From Octopus sinensis (taxonomy: Eukaryota): DNA of 23,565 nt. Both the position numbers and the translations under genes were made by a program. Location of the stretch: assembly GCF_006345805.1 (NCBI RefSeq), contig NW_021836584.1, forward strand, positions 1-23,565, given 5' to 3'. Below are positions 1-9,310 of the stretch, in pieces. Numbering within the stretch: position 1 is the stretch's first letter; the number at the start of each line of letters is the position of its first letter. The notes beneath the pieces were generated by a model. It worked only from the letters and a program-made list of their open reading frames with translations, searched no databases and was not told the origin of the DNA.

Positions 1-628
1 TATTTGTTATTCTCCGTGGATATGGTACATTTATAGATTACATTATTTTCCCCACATAGACCAGGTGCCGGGCATTTTGATTTTATTCTACACTTACACA
101 CAGGAGGAACAACTTCAGGCTTTGGATTATTCTTGGGTAGATGTCTTAGATTCCTATTATTTTGATTATCATTCTATAGTTGGTACTGATATCTAAAGTA
201 TTGCTATTATTTATTGATCCTTCAGCTTCATCATTAGGTCTAAAGTCCTACCATGATTTCTTATATTATTGGTAATGTTACTATTATTGTTAGTCTTTTT
301 ATCCGACTGCATATTGTTGTTATAAATATCACTGATATTTTCATTCTCTTATTTTCTCCATTAGCCTTATATCTATTATTTCTATTATAACTTATTACTT
401 CTATTAATATCGGCATTGTTATTATTACTATTAATGTTAATGTTATTAGTCATTCTGTGGTTACTAATTTCACCTATGTTTTGATAGTTACTATTGCTGT
501 TTTATGTTGGTAGTATTATTATAATTGCTATTGGTATTCATGCTGATATTATTATTTTATTTCTATCTTTCCTGGCTAGTTAATGTTTTTATTATTAATC
601 TTAGCTATTAAAGTGGACATATTTGGGA
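1..628 (-). repeat. Inverted copy (left arm) of 1263-1899 of the Penelope-like element; runs off the window edge
   Basis: The reverse complement of 1-628 matches 1263-1899 almost base for base (position 1 pairs with 1899, about 628 with 1263). Differences are a few substitutions and 1-nt indels in A/T runs. Confidence 0.95.
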
Positions 629-1798
629 AAGGAAGGCGAAATCACGAATTACGTAAATAAAATTATATCAAATCATCCCCAAATATAATAGAATCTTTAG
701 TAAGAAATATTTCATTAAGAATTTCAAAATATCATCCAATAAGGATATATTTAACTCCCATTCTGAGCATTATAATGAGGCGTTAACTAAGGCTGGATAC
801 AACCAAAAGATTACATTCGTTGATAAGGGGAACTCACGTATTCCTAATAATGAAGTTATCAGTAATCACGTAAGCAGCAATACAGACCAAGCCCGAAATA
901 AAAGTAGAATTAAATTAATGGTAAACGCTAATCTAGCGTACAGGCCCTACAATTCAAATAGAAGCATTGACCAGAACATAGGTAACTCGGATAACATTGA
1001 AGTAGATAAACCTAAGATGCACACAAATAAAAATAAAAATAATGGTAATAAATACAATAACTCTGGTGAGATGAATAGTAGTAATTCTACGAACCCTAAA
1101 TTTAATAAAAAAGATATATTATGGCTGAATATCCCTTTCAACTGTGCGATACAATCGGATATACAGAACAAATTCAAAGTAATTCTGGAAAAAAATTTCC
1201 CTATCTCTCATAGATATCATAGAATTATATCTAGGAAAACAGTTAGGATTTCTATTCAACCCTCCCAAATATGTCCACTTTAATATCTAAGATTATAATA
1301 AAAACATTAAACTAGCCAGGAAAGATAGAAATAAAAATAATAATATCAGCATGAATACCAATAGCAATTATAATAATACTACCAACAATAAAAACAGCAA
1401 TAGTAACTATCAAAACATAGGTGAAATTAGTAACCACAGAATGACTAAAACATTAACATTAATAGTAATAATAACAATGGCCGATATTAATAAGAGTAAT
1501 AATGTTAATAATAGAAATAATAGATATAAGGCTAATGGAGAAAATAAGGAGAATGAAAATATCAGTGATATTTATAACAACAATATGCAGTCGGATATAA
1601 AAAGACTAACAATAATAGTAACATTACCATAATATAAGAAATCATGGTAGGACTTTAGACCTAAATGATGAAGCTGAAGGATCAATAAATAATAGCAATA
1701 CTTTAGATATCAGTACCAACTATAGAAATGATAATCAAAATAATAGGAACCTAAGACATCTACCCAAGAATAATCCAAAGCCTGAAGTTGTTCCTCCT

Positions 1799-2224
1799 GT
1801 GTGTAAGTGTAGAATAAAATCAAAATGCCCGGCACCTGGTCTATGTGGGGAAAATAATGTAATCTATAAATGTACCATATCCACGGAGAATAACAAATAT
1901 CTTTACTTTGGATGTACTATTAATTTTCTAGCCAGAGTTAGAAATCACATCTCGTCTTTTAAATTACGTCATAAAGCTGGTACCACCACACTTTCAAACA
2001 AAATCTGGGAACTCAAAAATAATAATAAAAATTATAACCTTAATTGGGAAATAGTTAGGAGAGCAATTCCGTATAAAAATAATAGGGTTGGTTGCCAACT
2101 ATGCTCCATGGAGACGTATAAAATTCTAAAGCATAGAAAACATAGAAACTTATTGAATAACCATATCGAACTAGGTCAAGTTTGTGTCCACGCTAAATTG
2201 AAGACTTTAAAATATTTTAAATGA
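1799..2224 (+). pseudogene. GIY-YIG endonuclease domain of the Penelope-like element (C-terminus of a longer frameshifted ORF)
   Basis: CKCRIKSKCPAPGLC Cys cluster, VIY...YFG (GIY-YIG variant), catalytic R in FLARVRNH, LSNKIWELK, WEI, CQLC..E, LLN...EL...CVH. The GTG start in the track is not a true start because the frame is open further upstream. Confidence 0.9.
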
Positions 2225-2959
2225 TTAGAATATTCGTAACTAGATAGATAGATATAACTTGATTTCTACTAGTATAGCACTGCTTTAAGTAGATAACTAA
2301 GAGTTCTCACACTACAGTTATCTTTTTCCTTATATCTGATTCAGTTTTTTGAGAACAGGGAAATGAATAGTACTTATACGCTGCTTAATTGAGGCTTTAT
2401 TTAATTTCAAACTCATAATTTTTAAATTCTTAATTTTAAATCTTAATTGTAATTTTTAATTTTAATTCCTAACTTAATCTAATTTAAGTAGCATAACTCT
2501 AATAAAATAAAATGAGTTACTATAGCCCAATAATTCTATTTCAAAATTAAATAAATAAGGCTACCCCCTCGGTGATAATATGATTATCTTCATTATGATA
2601 GACAATCCCCTTACACCTTGTAAATGATCTTCTAAGATTTGACCTGTAGTCCGTCAATGTATGAATAAAACGGCAACTCCTTAAGACAATAAAATGAATA
2701 ATTAAATAAGTAAATTTTAATGACTTTTTGATAAGATTATACTTAGATTTTCCTAATGTATTTTCTTTTGATTTTAGCATCTGACCCCTAAACCCCTGAC
2801 TGTGTTATCTCTTTAGATTCTCTTTAAATTCATAGCTGATTTCAACAGCAATAAATTAGCTGTTTTTACTGGTCAAAGAATAATATTCTCCTCTAGTTCC
2901 TAGATGCCTGTAAATTAAAACAGACTTGCCGTCTACTAATTCTTCTGTATAACTAGAAC

Positions 2960-3157
2960 CCTCTTTTTTCTTTTTCTTTTTTTCCCTTCTTTCCCTATTT
3001 CTTTCTCTTTTCTCTTTTTTCTTTTTCTTTTTCTTCTTCTTATTCTCTTTTTCCTTTTCTCTTCTCTTTTAGTCCCCTTTCCCCCCTTTTTGCTCCCTCC
3101 TCCTTTATTTTCTCTCTTTTCTTCTATTCCCGTCCCTTTTCTATTCTTTGCCTCTCT
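2960..3157. repeat. Polypyrimidine (T/C) low-complexity tract inside the PLE 3' region
   Basis: About 200 nt that are almost entirely T and C. Confidence 0.85.
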
Positions 3158-3251
3158 AGAAAGCCCTTCAGCCTTTAAAAGTTAAATAGCTACAGCCTCT
3201 TGTAAATAGCAGTAATGTGATTAATGTGGCAAATACCTAATCATATAACAA

Positions 3252-3536
3252 GAATTGATACCTACCTCATTGTGTTCAACCACTGATAATTTATCGCCTG
3301 TGAATATGAAATTCCTCTTCATTTCTCTGGAAATTTACATCTACACCATTGGAGATTATGCATCTATACAAAGGATTAATTCACCCTCTCTGTAATGCTA
3401 TAAGCAGGAATTGAGACCCACCTCGTTGTGATTAACAATGGATAAATTTGTCTTCTGTGAGTATGTAATCCCTCATCATATCTCTGGAAATTCATATGTG
3501 CTCTATGGATTAGGTCACCTTCTCTGTGATGCTATT
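3252..3536 (+). repeat. Diverged direct tandem duplication (about 156 bp period, 2 copies) in the PLE 3' region
   Basis: gaattgatacctacctcattgtg...ctctggaaatt...tcaccctctctgtaatgctat (3252-3401) recurs as gaattgagacccacctcgttgtg...ctctggaaatt...tcaccttctctgtgatgctat (3408-3535), with an internal deletion in copy 2. Confidence 0.8.
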
Positions 3537-3690
3537 AAAACTTTTTTAAAATTCTGTGATAAGACTGTACATCATCTTTAAAGAACTGTAATGAACTTTG
3601 GAAATCTGTTTATGTTTATGTTACTTAATTATCTTCATTACTTCATGAGTATAGCCTCAACCACTAGGATGTCTAGAGAACTCACATGTA

Positions 3691-3781
3691 TTTTAGCTGA
3701 TGAGTACGGGACACGTTTATATGCTGTAATTTTTACAACTTTTAATAAAGCTTGTCCTTGTATGAAACGATTGTACTAAAA
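3691..3781 (+). ncRNA. Type I hammerhead ribozyme with minimal stem III (PLE-associated)
   Basis: Stem I TTTTAG (3691-96) / CTAAAA (3776-81); core CTGATGA (3697-3703); stem II GTACGGGACA (3704-13) / TGTCCTTGTAT (3753-63), extended by TTTAT/ATAAA and TGTAA/TTACA; GAAA (3764-67); stem III C-GATT-G; cleavage triplet GTA with predicted cut after 3775. Confidence 0.88.
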
Positions 3782-3924
3782 ACCTATCCATTCTTGTTGC
3801 TTCTTTCCCGCTTATAATCACCCCGCATTACTGTATTGTTAAAACAGTATAGTTTTTTTTTGTGCATCTAAGTTAGGTACCATATTCAAGTAAATTCATT
3901 TAAATTAACTTGAATCTTTATTGC

Positions 3925-3966
<42 letters not shown>

Positions 3967-3974
3967 TTGTTAGA

Positions 3975-4183
3975 AAATATTGGCCTCAAATATTAGCTCC
4001 CGACCAGTAATTTCGGGGACAGGAGGTTAGTCGATTGCTTCGACCCCAGTTCTCATTTATCAACCTCGAAAGGGAGGAAAGACAAAGTCAACCCTGGAGG
4101 CATTTGAACTCAGAACGTGACGACGCACTAAATGCCGCTAAGCCTTTTGTTTCGCGTACTAACGGTTCTGCTAGCTTGCTGCC
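3975..4183 (-). mobile_element. Decayed tRNA-derived SINE (family A)
   Basis: The minus strand reads ggcagcaagctagcagaaccgttag (A-box-like)...gagttcaaat (B box)...gttgactttgtctttcctccctttcgaggttgataaa. It is similar to 5240-5405. Confidence 0.7.
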
Positions 4184-4213
4184 TTAGATTCGCTAGCAAA
4201 AGAAATTGCTTTT

Positions 4214-4276
<63 letters not shown>

Positions 4277-4278
<2 letters not shown>

Positions 4279-4399
4279 GGAGTAAACACATAAATGTGTG
4301 AAACAAGGTGGAAAAGAGAGTACTCAAATACCAGTGTAGAGTAATATGCTTTATTTAAAGCAGCAGATCGAATTTTCTGCTGCTTTAAATAAAGTATAT
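4277..4399 (-). mobile_element. Short PLE-like 3' tail with a fold-back 5' end, embedded in (TA)n
   Basis: The reverse complement of 4277-4367 matches 16320-16409, which follows a hammerhead-like motif. 4349-4367 and 4376-4394 are perfect 19 bp inverted arms with an 8 nt loop. (TA)n lies on both sides. Confidence 0.7.
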
Positions 4400-4412
4400 A
4401 TATATATATATA

Positions 4413-4628
4413 TATACTCAAGATAAGCAATAAGAATGATTCCGGTAATTTGGTACGATCGTTTCGTACTACGTAGTACGAAACGATCGTACCAAATGAC
4501 CGGAGTCATTCCTGTTGGTTATTTTGATTATAATCACCCCACGGATTTTTATGGATAACACCATACAAAATTCTGGTGCCTTTAACTTAAGTACCATATT
4601 CATCTGAATCTAAATTTTGCTGAACTTA
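4413..4628 (+). mobile_element. Fold-back PLE 3' tail related to 3760-3928: about 120 bp palindrome built from the 3' half of a hammerhead, in (TA)n
   Basis: Perfect 50 bp palindrome at 4448-4497, imperfect from 4413 to 4532, containing GTAC-GAAAC-GATC-GTA. Downstream blocks tataatcacccc, gtaccatattca and tgaatct are shared in order with 3813-3917. Confidence 0.8.
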
Positions 4629-4654
4629 TATATATATATATGTGTGTGTGTGTG

Positions 4655-4729
<75 letters not shown>

Positions 4730-4746
4730 TGTGAGTGTGTGTGTTT

Positions 4747-4813
4747 ATGATATTATTAGTGTGTTTCTTTGTTTGACTTTCTGTCTGTTTGCTGGGAAAA
4801 ACCCGATGACAAG
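4747..4813 (+). other. Possible non-coding 5' exon of the MMP gene (start undefined)
   Basis: Perfect donor AAG|GTAAGT at 4813/4814. The first coding exon has its own acceptor at 7705, which implies an upstream UTR exon somewhere. No transcript evidence. Confidence 0.3.
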
Positions 4814-5129
4814 GTAAGTTTTAACGTGGTTTTTCAATCATGGGCATCAAATAATTGAATGAAGGACATTCAGTTGCATCACCGTGACACACAGGCAGAA
4901 CACTCCTCGATTGACTAATCCTTTCTGACACAAACATGACCAATTTCCTCGAATCCCAGATCTTCCCCGTCATTTGACAAATGACTGTTTTGCGCGTGTG
5001 TGTGTGTCTGTGTGTTGTTTATTTTTAGTTTTATTTAAGGAAGCCAATTAATATTTCGTTCAGAAAAAGTATGGCCCTACACAAACATGCACTCACACAC
5101 ACGCTCACACATACTCACACAGAGTAACA

Positions 5130-5163
<34 letters not shown>

Positions 5164-5239
5164 AATTACTTAACTGCCGCTGCTAGTCATGTGCCAAATT
5201 TAGAAACAATCATTACTTGCAGAGGATCTTGAGCAATTG

Positions 5240-5405
5240 GCCTTCTGGTATTTTTTGGTTCTGAGTTCGAATCCCACAGAGGTCAACTTTCCCCTTCATC
5301 CCACCGAAGTCGATAAAATAAAGTCAATCCACCCCTGGGATTGACGTAATCGTTTGAACCCCTCCCCTCAAAATACTATCTTTGTATCTAAATCAAAAAT
5401 CATTA
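5240..5405 (+). mobile_element. Decayed tRNA-derived SINE fragment (family A)
   Basis: ctgagttcgaatccc (B box) followed by gaggtcaactttccccttcatcccaccgaagtcgataaaataa, homologous to 3975-4183. Confidence 0.65.
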
Positions 5406-5514
5406 CTACTATTGTTGATACAGTTCTATATGTAAAAGATGAGGAATTATGTACATTATTTACAGTATTTACATTTGATGGATATTTGTCCTATTCTTGT
5501 TTGTTTGTTGTTAA

Positions 5515-5557
5515 CACAGCGATTCGGCTGATATACTCTCCAGCCTTCATCGGGTGT
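5515..5557 (-). ncRNA. Degenerate minimal hammerhead-like motif
   Basis: Minus strand acac-CCGATGA-a-GGCTG-gagagtatat-CAGCC-GAATC-gctgtgt. Stem II is intact, but the core has CCGATGA for CTGATGA and GAATC for GAAAC, so this copy is probably inactive. Confidence 0.55.
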
Positions 5558-5622
5558 CTTGGGGAAATTTCGAACCTGGGTTCTCATTCCTAAGGTATTT
5601 TTCGATATTATTATTTTTATTC

Positions 5623-5693
5623 AAGTCACTGCCTGGAATCGAACTCGGAATCTTGGGGTTAGTAGCCCGCGCTCTTAACCACTACGCCATATG
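5623..5693 (-). promoter_or_regulatory. tRNA-like Pol III A/B-box head inside the PLE 3' region
   Basis: Minus strand TGGCGTAGTGG (A box, 5689-5679) and GTTCGATTCC (B box, 5644-5635) at tRNA spacing. There is no good acceptor stem, so it is not a functional tRNA. Confidence 0.7.
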
Positions 5694-6940
5694 GAAATTA
5701 TGGAGTAAAGTTTTAGGGCTTATAAATCTAATAGTTTCCTAGGAGGTTGTTGTGTCGTAGTATATGTGCTGCTTCTTTTAGTTTTCGTATTTTCCAGGGA
5801 TGTTCTCTGTCTATTATTTTAACTTCATCCCACAGGGGGAGGTGGTCTCCATTTTTCCATACATGATCAGCTATACCCGATTTATCAATATCTCCTCGTG
5901 TCACAGCTTTGCGATGTTCGTCTACCCTTGTTTTGAGGGGGCCTCATGTTTCGCCTTTGTATAACCTACCACAGCTGCATAGAATGGAGTACACGCAGTT
6001 CTTGGTCATATTCTCTTCTGTTTGTGGTTTTACTCGAAGGAGATATTTGCGAAGTGTTGTATTACTCTTGAATACTGTCCTGATGTCATATGGGCCGCAT
6101 ATCTTTTGTATCTTTTCGGAGAGGCCTTTCGCATGGTACCTCTCAGTACCGTCCAACTTAGTGAATGAGGACATAAAACATAATCCCAGCTGTTCACCCT
6201 GCACCAAGGCTTCTAACCCATATATTGCCATCTCCCCCTGTCCCCAACACCTTCACTGACCTGTTGCCCCCGACTCCGAAGCTGCGGAGACAACTTATTT
6301 CTTCCCTACATCGTTAAAATGAAATGAAAACATGCTACTGAACATTTATCGCATATTTAAAGGACATAGCATATATATTATTAGGTGACTGTTGACTCCG
6401 CTGAATTCATCTAATCTTTGACAGGTCTAGCTTTCCATTATTCAGGATGTATGCAATTACCAGGCTTGCTGAGGTTACCAGTTTAGACAACTCGACTGTG
6501 CAACAGGGGGTAATGCATTGCATGTTACCGGGAACGTTCTCAAGAAACCGGCCATGAATATATATATATATATATATATGTTCATCTGGGACCTTTGACA
6601 GCAGGGAGTGAATTTGATTCTGGAAAACATCTACTCACTGATGGTCCTTCAGATGTTTCGGCAAGGCGTTAAATAGCTGTGGGCCCTTGAATCCCAAGCT
6701 ATTGCATTACATAGTCTTCACTCTAGACGGGACAACAGGGACCTTTGGAAAAGTGCAATGACATCCAGTTCAGGGGCTGGTGTAGCTCTGGATGCCAAAG
6801 TTTGCTGCCAACCCCTCCAGGATTTTCCATACGTATATTGCTGTATATCTTTCCCGTCTGTATGCATGTATGTATGTGTATATATTTATGTTTTGTGTGC
6901 ATGCGTGCGTGTGTGTGTATATATACATATACATACAGAC

Positions 6941-6976
<36 letters not shown>

Positions 6977-7011
6977 CAAAGTGGGGTTGTAGGGTACCAC
7001 ACGAGTGGAAT

Positions 7012-7083
7012 TATATACGAAAGAAGGTTTGAAAATGCAATTTTAAAATATATTTTAAAATTGCATTTTCAAACCTTCTTTCG

Positions 7084-7089
<6 letters not shown>
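7012..7089. repeat. Perfect 78 bp palindrome with no spacer, beside TA/TG microsatellite
   Basis: tatatacgaaagaaggtttgaaaatgcaattttaaaata|tattttaaaattgcattttcaaaccttctttcgtatata; centre at 7050/7051. Confidence 0.95.
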
Positions 7090-7118
<29 letters not shown>

Positions 7119-7748
7119 CATATATATGTATATGTATATACAAGCATATTTGTACATATATGTGTGCGTATATGTACATACATACATATAAACATGCATA
7201 CATGCATGCATGCATACATACATACATACATACATACATACATACATACATACATACATACATACATACACATTCATTTATCCTATATCAAATGGAGGGC
7301 ATCTTGAATAATTAGTCAACTGAAGATTCTTGCCTCTTATTAATGAAAACCCCCTTGACCAAGAAACCGTTCCCAGTGTTTGAATGGGACGGTTGTAGTC
7401 GAACGGAAATATTTCCAGCGATACAAGAAATAAGGGGAGGGGCAGTTTCGACAGTGAATCACATCAATATCCGACGAAACTTGACAACAGGACAAGCACA
7501 AATTTTGAAGTGCTATAGTCATCAATTTATAAGCATACTTAATGAGAATTTGTTAATAGGGATTGTTAGAAAAAAGAAAGAAAAAAAATATAAGTGTGCA
7601 GTCTATTGTTTTTGTCTTGTACACACCCACTCTATATATTTATTTACTTATATATATAAATATATATATATATGTGTGTGCATAGATGAATATTTGCATT
7701 CGCAGAGTTAGATACACGCGAACAACATTGTGCTAATCTCGCTCGAAG

Positions 7749-7829
7749 ATGGTACGAAATACTCGGCTTACTCGGCTGATCGGGTTTATGCTTTTGGTGA
7801 CGACTTCCTTGGGTGAAAAATCAACGCAG
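7749..7829 (+). CDS. Matrix metalloproteinase coding exon 1 (signal peptide)
   Basis: MVRNTRLTRLIGFMLLVTTSLG-EKSTQ has a basic n-region, hydrophobic core and S-L-G cleavage motif. Acceptor cgcag at 7705, in-frame upstream stop at 7734, donor CAG|gtaaat in phase 0 matching the next exon. Confidence 0.75.
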
Positions 7830-7972
7830 GTAAATATAAACTTATTTCTCATTGATCCTTTGCATTGATCCTCTTCAAGGAGGGGTTTTTTTTTTTGCTT
7901 GTTTGTCTGTTTTTGTTTCTTTTGTTTTGTTTTATGGGGTCTTTTTCTCTTCTCTTCTTCATTTATATTTAA

Positions 7973-8271
7973 CTAGCAGTATCGCCCGGCGTTGCTCGGG
8001 CTTGTAAGGGAAATAACTATATAAGCATTTTTAGAGAGTTATAGCCAAAAAATAGCAAAAAAATGCATCAAAAATGGAAAAAAATTATGGTAAATTTTTT
8101 TTTAAATCGTTGACTTATCGTAGACATTTTTAGAGAGTTACTTCCCTTATATAATAGCGAAAAATGCATTAAAAGGGAAAAACATTATGGTAAATTTTTT
8201 TTAAATCGTAGACTCATCGTAGACGCGCGCTAATACCCAGAAGGGCTCGATATGAATCACGACTATAAGAT
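7973..8271 (-). mobile_element. Non-autonomous Helitron, 5'-truncated, with an internal ~99 bp tandem duplication
   Basis: The minus-strand 3' end CTAG is preceded by the hairpin cccgagcaacgccggg. Homologous to 19731-20018. 8026-8124 and 8125-8223 are direct copies. Confidence 0.8.
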
Positions 8272-8433
8272 AAATTGTCCCCTACAATTTTTTTTTACAA
8301 GTTTTGTATTCATTCCATCGGTTTCGTTTATCAAACCGCCAACTTATTGGAACATAAACAAACCAACACCTGTTGACAATTGGTTTGTAAGGGAGACATA
8401 CACAAACGCACATACATACAGATGTGTACGTGT

Positions 8434-8584
8434 GGCGTGACTGTGAGGTAAGAATCTTGCTTCCCAGTCACAGTGTTCTGTGTTCAGTCCCACTGCGTGG
8501 CACCTGGGGCAACTGTCTTCCACTATAGCCCCGGGCCCAATAAAACCTTCTGAATAGATTTGGTAGACAGAAACTGAAAGAAGC
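8434..8584 (+). mobile_element. tRNA-derived SINE head (family B) leading into a (TG)n expansion
   Basis: gcgtgactgtgaggtaag...gttcagtcccactgcgtggcacctggggcaa...gatttggtagacagaaactgaaagaagc, homologous to 21385-21533 and to the reverse complement of 22425-22552. Confidence 0.8.
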
Positions 8585-8590
8585 TATTAT

Positions 8591-9107
8591 TGTGTGTGTG
8601 TGTGTGTGTGTGTGTGCGTGCGTGTTTGTGTGTGTTTGTGTGTGTGTTTGTGTTTGTGTGTGTGTGTGTGTGCGTGTATGTGTGTTTGTGTGTATTTGTG
8701 TGTGTGTGTATTTGTGTGTGTGTGTGTTGTGTGTGTGTGTGTGTGTTTGTGTGTATTTGTGTGTGTGTGTATTTGTGTGTGTGTGTGTTGTGTGTTTGTG
8801 TGTTTGTGTGTGTGTGTGTGTGTTTGTGTGCGTGTGTGTGTGTGTTTGGTTTGTGTGTTTGTGTGTGTGTGTGTGTGTTTGGTGTGTGTGTGTGTGTTTC
8901 TGTGTGTGTATTTGTGTGTGTGTGTGTTTGTGTTTGTGTGTGTGTGTGTGTTTGTGTTTGTGTGTGTGTGGTGTGTGTGTGTTTTGTGTTTGTGTGTGTT
9001 TGTGTGTTTGTGTTTTGTGTGGTGTGTGTGTTTGTGTGTGTGTGTTGTGTGTTTGTGTGTGTGTGTGTGTGTGTTGTGTGTGTGTGTGTGTGTTTCTGTG
9101 TGGTATT

Positions 9108-9142
<35 letters not shown>

Positions 9143-9279
9143 GTTTGTGTTGTGGTGTGTGTGTGTGGTGTGTTTGTGTTTGTGTGTGTTTCTGTGTGTG
9201 TATTTGTGTGTGTTTGTGTTTGTGTGTGTTGTGTGTGTTTGTGTGTGTGTGTGTTTCTGTGTGTGTATTTGTGTGTGTT

Positions 9280-9310
<31 letters not shown>

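Larger units (their letters stand above)
629..3928 (+). mobile_element. 5'-truncated Penelope-like retroelement, Naiad-like: RT thumb, linker, C-terminal GIY-YIG, long 3' region with hammerhead, ending at (TA)n
   Basis: Frameshifted translation from about 630 gives ITNYVNK..SNHP.NIIESLVRNISLRISK..SSNKDIFNSHSEHYNEALTKAGY (PLE RT C-terminus). It is followed by DILWLNIPFN...FPISHRYHRIISRKTVRIS.YSTLPNM (PLE linker), then the GIY-YIG ORF, the hammerhead at 3691-3781 and (TA)n at 3929. Clade assignment is from motif recall. Confidence 0.85.
5419..6131 (-). mobile_element. Second Penelope-like element fragment (Penelope/Poseidon-like GIY-YIG plus 3' region)
   Basis: The minus strand translates KGLSEKIQKI...NCVYSILCSCGRLYKGET*GPLKTRVDEHRKAV...KSGIADHVW...WDEVKIIDRE..WKIRKLKEAAHI, a PLE GIY-YIG with one in-frame stop. 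A tRNA-like head and a hammerhead-like motif follow. Confidence 0.88.

Noticed and set aside
1-1899. Inverted repeat as a missed-adapter sequencing artefact
   Set aside because: The 634 bp unique spacer continues the element's ORF and inverted 5' segments are typical of PLEs; read-level confirmation is still advisable.
4741-4817. Hydrophobic YDIISVFLCLTFCLFAG as the MMP signal peptide
   Set aside because: No in-frame ATG precedes it, its donor phase does not fit exon 2, and 7749-7829 fits better.
4900-4925. AP-1-like TGACTAA site as an MMP promoter element
   Set aside because: A short motif expected by chance, and the transcription start is unknown.
5623-5693. Functional tRNA gene
   Set aside because: A and B boxes are present but acceptor and anticodon stems do not pair properly. 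The same applies to SINE heads near 11725-11770 and 23103-23140.
5944-5946. In-frame TGA in the GIY-YIG as selenocysteine (some Naiad PLEs encode selenoproteins)
   Set aside because: A single stop in a truncated, non-Naiad-type copy with no SECIS recognised; the Naiad-like ORF has ordinary Cys codons.
6132-6845. Non-microsatellite blocks and short ORFs; also ORFs 2547-2780 and 7343-7711
   Set aside because: No recognisable domain or splice-consistent link to the MMP; left unannotated.
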